Source: a virus
Taxonomy: Duplodnaviria; Caudoviricetes
DNA: 29,023 nt
IMG/VR virus record: IMGVR_UViG_3300048858_000032
Span: 1 to 29,023 of that record
Reading direction: 5' to 3' (one strand)
A program made the position numbers and the translations under genes. How positions within the stretch are numbered: the first letter of the stretch is position 1; each line of letters opens with the position of its first letter. The notes below the pieces were generated by a model, which saw only the letters and a program-made list of their open reading frames with translations, was not told where the DNA came from and did no database searches. Below are positions 9,059 to 17,272 of this stretch, piece by piece.

Positions 9059-9783
9059 GGGCTCGGATCAGCGTCGAGGGTGACTTCTCCGAGGCCGTCG
9101 AGGATGAGACCCGTGAGCTGGCGCGAGACCTTCGCAGCGGGGTAAGCCGAGCCGGCGCGGACCTTCTGAATGATGTGCGGGGCCAGACTTCCAGCGCCTT
9201 CAAAGGCCGCGGCGTCACCAACGCATGGCGCAGCCGCACCTATCCGCAGAACCCCTTCACGTTGACGCTCCACCCGGCTGCCGTGGTCTGGACCCGCGCG
9301 CCGAACATCGTCGCCGCCTTCGAGGAGGGCAAGCCGATCACCGCGCGGCGCGGGCGGTATCTCTGCTGGCCGACCGGGTACAACGCCATCGGAGGCCGGC
9401 GGAACAAGGGCGCGCGCGGTGGCCTGCGGGTCACGCCGGACGAGATGAAGGCGGCAAAGGGGCAGTCGGTCATCATCCCTTCCAGTTCCGACCGCACGCT
9501 GAAGCTCTGGTGCCTGCGAGTGCGGCAGGCCTCCAGCACCGGTGGCAAGTCAGGCCGGGGCAGGGGGCGCCTCCGCCTGTTCGTCGGCAACCGCAATGTC
9601 GAGGTCAACACGGGCCGTGGCAAGGCTGGCGAGCGGGCCGCCCGCACCAAGCAGCTGGTGGACAGTGGCCTGGTGCCGATGTTCTTCCTGAAGCGCACCG
9701 TGAACCCCGGCAAGCGCTTGGATATTGCCGGCGCTGGCGACCGGGCCATGACGAGGCTGGCCGGGTATCTGGAGAGGGGTTAG
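9055..9783 (+). CDS. Basic phage morphogenesis protein, DUF6441-like
   Basis: NAWRSRTYP...PAAVVWTRAP, ITARRGRYL and VPMFFL...KRLD recall DUF6441-type proteins of alphaproteobacterial prophages (from memory); GGAGGGAG upstream. Confidence 0.65.
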   Translation: MRARISVEGDFSEAVEDETRELARDLRSGVSRAGADLLNDVRGQTSSAFKGRGVTNAWRSRTYPQNPFTLTLHPAAVVWTRAPNIVAAFEEGKPITARRGRYLCWPTGYNAIGGRRNKGARGGLRVTPDEMKAAKGQSVIIPSSSDRTLKLWCLRVRQASSTGGKSGRGRGRLRLFVGNRNVEVNTGRGKAGERAARTKQLVDSGLVPMFFLKRTVNPGKRLDIAGAGDRAMTRLAGYLERG

Positions 9784-10394
9784 CGGGTAGCCATATAGTT
9801 CTGGATGCAGGCGTCCCGCGCCTGGGCTCCGTAGATTGCCCCCTCAAGGTTGAGAATGCTCCGGCGGTCGAACATCGAGGCTTCGATGGCTTGGCCTCGC
9901 GCCTGGCACGCATCAATAGCGGCCTGATCGCGGATTGACCGCTGGCGCTGATCTTCGGCAGCAAGACGAGTGCGACGACGCTTCTCGATCTCATCTGACA
10001 ATCTGGTCTCTTCGGCAGTAATGCGCTGCTCACGGGCCTGAGCCTCGGCGGCGCGGTTGCGACGGCCGGATGGGGCCGGTGGTTCATCGACATCGACGTT
10101 GGCAATGGCCGCACGGCGTAGGGCCGCCATGTAGTCCGGCGAATTGGTGAGGGCGCGTTCGAGCAGTTCGTCTTCGCGGGCGCGCTTGGCGCGGTCGGCC
10201 TCCATCTTCTGGCGCTCCTCGGCAGTAGGGGGAGCGCCGATGGGGCGACCGGTGAAAAGCTCTGGGTTACTGGCTCGAAGCGCTGCGGTGCGGCGATCAA
10301 ACTCTGCAACGACGCTTTCAGGTGGCTGATAGGTCCCGCCACCGGCTGCGCAGCCGGAAAGAGCCAGGGATACTACTAAGGCGAAAGAACGCAT
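9780..10394 (-). CDS. Accessory lipoprotein (moron), function unknown
   Basis: Signal peptide with lipobox LSG-C15 (MRSFALVVSLALSGC); GGAGG upstream; charged coiled-coil middle; C-terminal Cys pair; stop overlaps the convergent gene's stop. Confidence 0.8.
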   Translation of the reverse strand: MRSFALVVSLALSGCAAGGGTYQPPESVVAEFDRRTAALRASNPELFTGRPIGAPPTAEERQKMEADRAKRAREDELLERALTNSPDYMAALRRAAIANVDVDEPPAPSGRRNRAAEAQAREQRITAEETRLSDEIEKRRRTRLAAEDQRQRSIRDQAAIDACQARGQAIEASMFDRRSILNLEGAIYGAQARDACIQNYMATR

Positions 10395-10461
10395 CCAACC
10401 CCTCCGCTTGCACTCCGCGTAATCTAGACGAAACGGAAGCGTGACGAGAAGGGGGCGTCAG

Positions 10462-10947
10462 TCAGAAGGGGATGTCGTCGTCCAAGTCAGATTTCTTCTG
10501 GTCCTTATAGGGCTTGATTTCGTCCCAGCTGTCCCAACCAGGCCCGCCTATGTATATCCGCCCCCGCTTGTCGATCTTGCCGCGTTCGTCCGCTCCCAAA
10601 GTAAACTCAAGGCCATCGTCTGGATAAGTAATAGATCGAACACGAGAATGTCCCGCGAGAATGTCTCTCGCAAGAACCCTCAGGTCTTTCTCTACTGCAA
10701 ATCGCGATTGAAGTTTAGTGAGTAGACTTTCTACGCTGTCTCTCATCTCGAGAGCGATATCAAGTAGTCTTCTGACCGCTTCCACTTCAGAGGAAATGCC
10801 GGTCTCATTCTGGTAATGCTTGATGCGCTCGACCTGCTCAGCTGGAAGCACATAGATCTTCCGCTCGGTCGTCGCCCCTTTCGGTGCTGGCGATGAAGGT
10901 GAAGGGCCGCTTTTCCGGCCTGATGGATTTGTGATGCGGTTCACCAT
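10462..10947 (-). CDS. Ribbon-helix-helix-like regulator (Mnt position) with an SSB-type acidic C-terminal tail
   Basis: TERKIYVLPAEQVERIKHYQNETGISSEVEAVRRLLDIAL fits strand-helix-helix; ends ...KKSDLDDDIPF*. Start uncertain (10947 or 10983); the 11328 start in the track would overlap the divergent gene. Confidence 0.7.
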   Translation of the reverse strand: MVNRITNPSGRKSGPSPSSPAPKGATTERKIYVLPAEQVERIKHYQNETGISSEVEAVRRLLDIALEMRDSVESLLTKLQSRFAVEKDLRVLARDILAGHSRVRSITYPDDGLEFTLGADERGKIDKRGRIYIGGPGWDSWDEIKPYKDQKKSDLDDDIPF

Positions 10948-11052
10948 ACGCCGCTTGTCGCATACGCCATGACCCAGCGTCATCAGTCTTGCAGTATGCT
11001 TTTCGGTATGACATTCTCCACATAAGGAGGTGATGCGATGAGTATGGTTAAC
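10939..11052. promoter_or_regulatory. Divergent control region with putative sigma70 promoter and repeated CATAC/GTATG boxes
   Basis: TTGCAG (10989-10994)-N17-CATTCT (11012-11017) with an upstream TG. CATAC at 10945 and 10961; GTATG at 10994, 11006 and 11042. SD TAAGGAGG at 11023-11030. Confidence 0.55.
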
Positions 11053-11262
11053 GCGACTTACCGCCGTGGGGCGGAGGACAAGGCGCGAGTGATTATCGAG
11101 ATGCCGAAGGGCGAGCTGGAGGCGATTGACGGATGGGGAGTGCCGGCAGGAATGCCTAGCCGGACTGCAACGATCCGGATGCTGATCCAGAAGGGGTTGG
11201 AGGCAGTTAGCTGCTCCGGAGCGGGCGGCGCGCAGACGGCGGGGAATTCCTTGGCGGGTTGA
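11038..11262 (+). CDS. Arc/CopG-like ribbon-helix-helix repressor
   Basis: 74 aa; RVIIEMPKGELEAIDGW...SRTATIRMLIQKGL; strong SD; directly upstream of the antirepressor. Confidence 0.8.
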   Translation: MSMVNATYRRGAEDKARVIIEMPKGELEAIDGWGVPAGMPSRTATIRMLIQKGLEAVSCSGAGGAQTAGNSLAG

Positions 11263-11313
11263 ACCCGCCGTCTGCTGATACCACCACGGCCAGGGGCTGT
11301 TACCAGCAGCCTC
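11232..11313 (+). promoter_or_regulatory. Hairpins in the antirepressor leader (possible antisense-RNA target or switch)
   Basis: Perfect 12-bp inverted repeat 11232-11243/11264-11275 with TTGGCG in the loop; second hairpin GGGGCTGT-TACCA-GCAGCCTC at 11293-11313. Confidence 0.5.
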
Positions 11314-11348
11314 AAGGCCATTCACCAATGATCTGGAGAGATCAGACC

Positions 11349-12230
11349 ATGGATGGACAGTTTTTGGACCACGGCGGGGCCGGCGGTCAATACAATATGG
11401 TGCCTGTCGAGGGCGGCTTCCGCTACGGCACCAGCATGATCAACGAGCGCGGCGAGATGCTGTCGCTGACCGATATGTGGAAGGCGGCCGGGGCTGACCA
11501 GTCGCAGCAGCCGGCTGAATGGCTCCGTTCCGCCGAGGCCAAGCGCTTCATCGCCGCCCTGGCGGAAACGCTCATCCTGGGAAATTCCCAGAATGAGATT
11601 GTGAAGGTGATCCGGGGAGGCAGGAAGCCAGGAACCTGGGCTCACTGGCAGGTAGCCATGGCCTACGCCAAGTACCTGAGCCCTGAGTTCCACATGGCCT
11701 GCAACGTGATCGTCCGGGCGCACATGGAGGGTCGGACCGAGGTTTTCGCCCAGGATGGCATAAACCCCCTCGGCGTCCACCGAACTGTCGTTCGCCCGGC
11801 CACGCTCCGTGAAGTTGCTGTATCGCTGGACGCGTGCCTGCGGATCGCTAAGCGGTTCGGCATTGTCGGCAATCAGGCGCTCCTCATGGCGTCGCGGGCT
11901 ACCGAGAAGCACATTGGGGTGAACCCCATGGTCATGATGGGTATCCCTTCGCTGGAGGCGCCCGAAGCCGAGCAGCATCTGAACGTCAGTGATATTGGTC
12001 GGCGGCTGGACGGAAGGTCCGGAAAGGCCGTGAACCAGTTGCTCAAGGAGCGGGGGTTTCAGACAGACCACCGCAATGCGAAGGGCGACCTCATTTGGGA
12101 GCCGACGGAGGCAGGCGGGCGGTTTGCCGTGATGGTGGACACCGGCAAGAAGCAGGGGGACGGAACCCCGGTTCGGCAGCTTCGCTGGCGCTCCGGTATC
12201 CTGACGGTGCTCAAGGGGGAGGCGCACTGA
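11349..12230 (+). CDS. Phage antirepressor-like protein: KilA-N domain plus C-terminal ANT/KilAC-like domain
   Basis: LSLTDMWKAAG...PAEWLR...GTWAHWQVAMAYAKYLSPEF (KilA-N); SDIGRRL...VNQLLKERGFQ...WEPTEAG...QLRW at the C-terminus; GGAGAG before ATG 11349. Confidence 0.88.
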   Translation: MDGQFLDHGGAGGQYNMVPVEGGFRYGTSMINERGEMLSLTDMWKAAGADQSQQPAEWLRSAEAKRFIAALAETLILGNSQNEIVKVIRGGRKPGTWAHWQVAMAYAKYLSPEFHMACNVIVRAHMEGRTEVFAQDGINPLGVHRTVVRPATLREVAVSLDACLRIAKRFGIVGNQALLMASRATEKHIGVNPMVMMGIPSLEAPEAEQHLNVSDIGRRLDGRSGKAVNQLLKERGFQTDHRNAKGDLIWEPTEAGGRFAVMVDTGKKQGDGTPVRQLRWRSGILTVLKGEAH

Positions 12231-12439
12231 TGACCGCCCCCGAACGTTTGCAGGACAGCGAAGCTAACCTCAGGGAAAGCACCTGGGCTGAATACCAGCT
12301 ACTCCGCGCCGTGTGGGCTCTTGCAGGTACCGAAGTGACGGTGCGGACATGCCTCACAACCGGGATCGACCCGGCCATACTCGACGACATCATAGCCAAA
12401 CCGGTTCTTCAGCCGGCCGGCGTTCACTGGCTCGGCTAG
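12230..12439 (+). CDS. Hypothetical 69-aa protein coupled to the antirepressor gene
   Basis: TGATG overlap with the KilA-N stop, GGAGG upstream, and ends just before the terminator. Confidence 0.55.
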   Translation: MTAPERLQDSEANLRESTWAEYQLLRAVWALAGTEVTVRTCLTTGIDPAILDDIIAKPVLQPAGVHWLG

Positions 12440-12467
12440 TCAGTAGCCTAGCGTAAGTTTGGTTCAG

Positions 12468-12499
12468 AGGGCGTCCTTCGCGGGGCGCCCTTTTCTTTT
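12468..12499 (+). terminator. Rho-independent terminator
   Basis: AGGGCGTCC-TTCGCG-GGGCGCCCT stem-loop followed by a T-rich run (TTTTCTTTT at 12491-12499). Confidence 0.8.
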
Positions 12500-12517
12500 G
12501 GAGGGAGGGGCAACCGA

Positions 12518-15500
12518 ATGGCTTCCAGCCGTCAGATCAGCATCCGCCTCTCGCTGGAAGAGGCCGAGCGCGTTCGCGAGGGCCTTCGCGCCCTCGGTGC
12601 TGACGGCAAGGCGGCTCTTGAGGCTCTGGAAGCCAGTTCCGGCCGGACGGCCAAGGGGACCGACCAGGTCACGAACAGCCTGGGCCTTGCGCGGCACCAG
12701 ATGCAGAACCTGACGGCGCAGGTCGTCGACTTCGGCGTCCAGATTAGCTCTGGTGGCGGCTTGTTCCTGCCCCTCGTGCAGCAGGGCCCGCAGGCCATTG
12801 ACGCCATGGGCGGCCTGGCCGGTGCCTTCCGCGTCCTCTCGCAGCTGGCTACTCCGCTGAACGTCGGGCTCGCAGCGACGGCGACCGTGCTGGCCACCGC
12901 GACCCTCTCGGCGGAGCGTGCGGATCGCGCCGTCAACGACCTCTCGGCACGCCTGCGCACCACGCGAAACGACTTCCAGGAACTGGCCCGGGACGCCGAT
13001 GTACTCGCGCGGAAGCTGGCTGGCTCCACGACGCTCTCGACGGGAGACGCCCGGGCCGCGGCTGGGACTATTGCCGGGGCGCGCGATTTCTCCGGCAACA
13101 GGGCTGAGCTTGAGAGGCTGACCAAGCTAAGTTCCGACGTGGCGCGGGCTTTTGGCGTGACCGTGCCAGAGGCCGCCCAGCGCATGGCCGATGGTCTGAA
13201 GAGACCAGGGCAGGCAGCTCGCCAGTTGATCGAGGGCGACTTCGCCGCGATGGATGATGCGCTGCGGCGCCAGATCCAATTGCTGGAGGCAGCGGGACAG
13301 AAGGCCGAGGCCGGCCGCCTGGTCATAGATGCGCTGGCACGCGGCACCGCAGGCGCTGCCAGTCAGATGACGCCTTTCCAGCGCGCGATGGACGAAGCCT
13401 CGCAAGCGATGACGCAGCTGTGGAACACGGCGCGCCCGGCGCTCGAAGCCATTGGCCGACCGCTGCTGGAAGGCATCGCCTTCGGGTTCACCCGCATCTC
13501 CGAGGGCATCAAGGGCGTGGTGGAGCGCCTGAATGGCCTGACGATGCCGTCGTGGCTGCGCGACGTGATCGCCTTTGGCGATCGGGCGGACGCGTGGGTC
13601 AGCCGCAGCCTTGGGTTCTCGCTGCCAGGGAGCAACTTCGCGCCCGACGGCAGCGCGGCAGGCGGCCCGCCAGCGGTGCTGAGCACGGGCAGCATCGCCC
13701 GCAGCGCGACGACCAGCCTGATCATGGATGCCGTTCGGGCGGAAGCGCGAGCGCAGGGTATCGATGCCGACTTCGCCACCCGTGTCGCCACGCGTGAGAG
13801 CGGTGGGCGCCAGTACCTCGGTGACGGGTCTATCCTGACGTCCCGCGTCGGTGCGCAGGGCGTCATGCAGTTGATGCCTGGCACGGCGTCCGGCCTTGGC
13901 GTGGACGCCTCCGACACCGCTGACAATATCCGGGGCGGCGTCACCTATCTGCGGCAGATGCTGGAGCGGTTTGGCGGCGATCAGGGCCTGGCCGCAGCTG
14001 CCTACAACGCTGGTCCTGGTCGGGTGACGAACTGGCTGAACGGCCGCGGCACCCTGCCGGCCGAGACGGTCGCCTACATGGGCGCCGTCAGCCGACCGCG
14101 TGACGGCGGGTCGGGGACGCAGTTCTCAGGGCCGAGCTACGCGGTCGGGCGCGCCGAGGAGCAACTGCGCGGCCAGGACGGCCGTTCGCAGCAGCTGGCC
14201 GAGGTGAATGCCCGCGCTGAGGTGCTTGATCGCGCTCTCCAGGCGCCGCGCCTCGATCCGGCAGACGCGACGCGCTACCGCGAGGCACTGGAAAAGCTCC
14301 GCGCCGAGGCCATTGCCCTCCAGGACCCGATGGAGGAAATCCGCCGCCAGGGCGAGCGGCAGGCAGCCCTGTATGGCGTGCAGGCGGGTGCGGCGCGGGA
14401 TCTCGCCGCGGCCGAGCAGCAGGGTGCCGAGCAGGCGCGGGCGGCAGGCAAGTCCGCCGCAGACCAGATCGTCGCCGGCCTGGAGGCCCGACGCCAAGCG
14501 CAGGCGAGGCTCGATGCCGACTTCAAGGACGGCATCCGGACGCAGGAGCAGGCCACTGCTGGCACTCGCCGGCAGGTCGCGGCCATCATGGAGGGGGCCG
14601 CGGCGGCGCAGGAGGCGGCAATCCGCCATCAGGCCGAGACGGAAGCCCTGAAGTATGCTGCTGCCGGCACGGATGACTACCGGCAGAAGGTCGAGGAACT
14701 TGTCCAGGCCAAGCGCGACCAGAAGGCGGCCGATGCCGATCTGGGCACCGGGAGCCTGATCGCGCAACAGAAGGACCAGATCGCCCTGCTGGAGCAGGAG
14801 GCGCAGCTTATCGGCCTCTCCACGGAGGCGCGGCAGGCCGAGCTTGCCGTCATGAAGGAGCGCCAGAGGGTCAAGAATGCGGGCGGCGACCCGGACAGCG
14901 ATGTGTCGCTGCAGGCGCAGAACAACATCCGCCGCATCTCCGATCAGCAGACCGCAAACCAGCAACTGACCAACTCCTGGAATGAGTTGGCTCGGGTGGG
15001 CGAGCAGGCATTTGACCGCATCGGCAGCGCCATCACGGAAGCGTTCGTGCAGGGTAAGGGCAAGGCAATCGACTTCGGCAACATCGCGAAAGCGGTGTTC
15101 AGCGAGGTGATCCAGGCTGGGCTTCGCTTAGCGGTGATCAACCCAATTTTGAACGCCGCCTTCGGGGGAACGCGCGGCAGCCTTGGCGGCATCGGGACGG
15201 TGATGTCCGGCAATGGTGGTGTGGCGGCCGGCGGCGGCAGCGGTGGTCTCGTCGGCTACGCTCAGCAGGGCGCGCAGGCCTATTCGATGTACGACAAGCT
15301 GTCGGGCATCAACCCGGGCAGCTACATCAACGGCACATCCTCCTTCGCTACAGGCTACGGCTGGCTGGATGGTGCGCTGAACACGTCGGTAATCGCTGGG
15401 CAGGCTGGCGCCGGCATCAATGCCACCGGCGCTGTCACCAACGCCGCGGGCTACGGCTCGATGGCGCAAAGCTCGATCGATGCCATGGGTAGCGCCAGTG

Positions 15501-17272
15501 CCGCCGGCGTGGGCACAAACGGTCTGTCCATCGGCGGCGCTGCCCTCGGCGTAGCTGGCATCGCTGGCGGTCTCTACGGTGCCTACACCGGCATCCAGCG
15601 CGGCGGCGTGGGCGGCTACACCCAGGCTGCCGGCGGCGCGGCCACGGCGGGCCTATCTGCCGCAGCTATGGCCGGTATGTCGGTCCCGGTCTACGGCTGG
15701 ATCGCCGCGGCGGCCTTGATGGTGCTAGGCGCTCTGCTGCCGGGCCAGAAGCCGTCCGACCGTACCGGCACCGCGACCTACTACACCAACGACCCTGCCA
15801 ATCCGTCCGTCGGCGGCCTGAACGGTGACAGGTTTTCCCAGGAGAACCGCGACCAGGCGCTGTCTATCGGCGGACAGTTGCTGGCGGTCGCCCAGAAGGT
15901 GGCTGACGTAACCTCGGTGCCGGATAACCGGGTGGAGACTTCCTACCGGGTGGCGGTCGGAGCGCGAGACGGTCTGAACGTCTTCTTCGGCGAGGACAAG
16001 CTGCACGGCGAGATGAACGAGGAGGGGGTGACGGCTGTCACCCGCGCCTTCGTGCAGCGCATCCTTCTGACGGCCGCCGAGCAGACCACCGATGCCAATG
16101 TCCGCTCGGTGATCACTCGCTCCGGGGTGGACGATCCCGACAAGACCTTGGCCAACCTCTCCTGGTACAACAACGACTACAAGTCGATGATCGCCGAGAG
16201 CCAGAGCCCGGTTCCGGCCTTCATCCAGCAGGTCAACGCCTTGGTGGCGCCCATTGATGAGGCGAAGACCAAGGCGCGCGAGCTGGGCATTGCAGAGGAC
16301 GACCTGAATGCGGTTCGCGGCAAGGCGGTGCAGTCGCTGATCGACCAGCGCACTGTGACGCTCGACGCCATCACCGCCTCGGATAGCCAGCGTCAGGCCC
16401 TGGCCTCGGGCACGTCATCGCTGGCGCTGCAAATCGAGAACTTCAGCAAAGCGGCGCAGGCCGAGGTGCGGGCACTCGATGATCAGCTGCGGGATCTGGA
16501 TATCGGGCCAGAGGCGCGGGGCACCTTCACGTCCGATCGCTGGCGGACCCTGGACGCCGAGTATCAGGCCCTGGCGCGGCAGCGCGACATGGCCAGCATG
16601 GCGAGCAACAACTCGCTGTGGGATCGCATCCAGGCGGCATCCGGCCAGTCCGAGACGCTGGAGGGGGCGCTTTGGGATCAGGAGCGCCGGGCCAATGCAG
16701 AGCGCGTCTCCGCTGCCTCCGATGGCGTAACTGACATGGTGCTGCTGGAGCAGACGCTGGCGGAGGAACGGCTGGCGATCATCCGGCGCTTCAACGAGCA
16801 GGCAGCGGCCGAGACCGAGGCGGCGGCGCAATCTGCCACCTCCGTTGTGGTCTCGCTGGCCGACTATGCCCGCAGCCTGCGCTACGGCGACAGTTCCTCG
16901 CTGTCCTACCACACGCAGTACGACCTCTCGGCCACCAGTCTCAACGACATCGCCGGCAAGGCTTTGTCGGGCGACTTCGGCAGCATCAGCCAGTTCCAGA
17001 GCTATGCCTCCGAGTTCCTGGGCGCTTCGCGCGCAGTGAACGGCAGCGGCGCGCGCTATGCGGCGGACACGGCCTGGGTGACGGACCTCATCGAGCGGAT
17101 CGGCGGCCTGGGTGCAGACCGGCTGACGGACGCGGCCAGGGCCGACGCGCGCACGGAGAACCAGACCCAAACCCTAGTCGACGAGCTGCGGTCGCTGAAA
17201 GCGGCGGTGGTGGCCCTGCAGCGTGAGCAGCAAATGGGCATCGGGGCACCGGCGCGGGCATATGCCGCATGA
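12518..17272 (+). CDS. Tail tape measure protein with an embedded SLT (GH23) lytic transglycosylase domain
   Basis: 1584 aa, Ala/Gln-rich and helical; LVQQGPQ N-terminal TMP motif; SLT motifs RES, GAQGVMQLMPGT and AAYNAGPG at about 13720-14090; Gly-rich hydrophobic block at about 15160-15740. Confidence 0.93.
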   Translation: MASSRQISIRLSLEEAERVREGLRALGADGKAALEALEASSGRTAKGTDQVTNSLGLARHQMQNLTAQVVDFGVQISSGGGLFLPLVQQGPQAIDAMGGLAGAFRVLSQLATPLNVGLAATATVLATATLSAERADRAVNDLSARLRTTRNDFQELARDADVLARKLAGSTTLSTGDARAAAGTIAGARDFSGNRAELERLTKLSSDVARAFGVTVPEAAQRMADGLKRPGQAARQLIEGDFAAMDDALRRQIQLLEAAGQKAEAGRLVIDALARGTAGAASQMTPFQRAMDEASQAMTQLWNTARPALEAIGRPLLEGIAFGFTRISEGIKGVVERLNGLTMPSWLRDVIAFGDRADAWVSRSLGFSLPGSNFAPDGSAAGGPPAVLSTGSIARSATTSLIMDAVRAEARAQGIDADFATRVATRESGGRQYLGDGSILTSRVGAQGVMQLMPGTASGLGVDASDTADNIRGGVTYLRQMLERFGGDQGLAAAAYNAGPGRVTNWLNGRGTLPAETVAYMGAVSRPRDGGSGTQFSGPSYAVGRAEEQLRGQDGRSQQLAEVNARAEVLDRALQAPRLDPADATRYREALEKLRAEAIALQDPMEEIRRQGERQAALYGVQAGAARDLAAAEQQGAEQARAAGKSAADQIVAGLEARRQAQARLDADFKDGIRTQEQATAGTRRQVAAIMEGAAAAQEAAIRHQAETEALKYAAAGTDDYRQKVEELVQAKRDQKAADADLGTGSLIAQQKDQIALLEQEAQLIGLSTEARQAELAVMKERQRVKNAGGDPDSDVSLQAQNNIRRISDQQTANQQLTNSWNELARVGEQAFDRIGSAITEAFVQGKGKAIDFGNIAKAVFSEVIQAGLRLAVINPILNAAFGGTRGSLGGIGTVMSGNGGVAAGGGSGGLVGYAQQGAQAYSMYDKLSGINPGSYINGTSSFATGYGWLDGALNTSVIAGQAGAGINATGAVTNAAGYGSMAQSSIDAMGSASAAGVGTNGLSIGGAALGVAGIAGGLYGAYTGIQRGGVGGYTQAAGGAATAGLSAAAMAGMSVPVYGWIAAAALMVLGALLPGQKPSDRTGTATYYTNDPANPSVGGLNGDRFSQENRDQALSIGGQLLAVAQKVADVTSVPDNRVETSYRVAVGARDGLNVFFGEDKLHGEMNEEGVTAVTRAFVQRILLTAAEQTTDANVRSVITRSGVDDPDKTLANLSWYNNDYKSMIAESQSPVPAFIQQVNALVAPIDEAKTKARELGIAEDDLNAVRGKAVQSLIDQRTVTLDAITASDSQRQALASGTSSLALQIENFSKAAQAEVRALDDQLRDLDIGPEARGTFTSDRWRTLDAEYQALARQRDMASMASNNSLWDRIQAASGQSETLEGALWDQERRANAERVSAASDGVTDMVLLEQTLAEERLAIIRRFNEQAAAETEAAAQSATSVVVSLADYARSLRYGDSSSLSYHTQYDLSATSLNDIAGKALSGDFGSISQFQSYASEFLGASRAVNGSGARYAADTAWVTDLIERIGGLGADRLTDAARADARTENQTQTLVDELRSLKAAVVALQREQQMGIGAPARAYAA

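Noticed and set aside
10462-10947. True single-stranded DNA-binding protein
   Set aside because: Only the tail matches; no OB-fold motifs are visible and the N-terminus is RHH-like.
10984-11328. N-terminal extension of the 288-aa minus-strand ORF
   Set aside because: Overlaps the Arc-like gene and its promoter on the opposite strand; the plausible start is 10947 or 10983.
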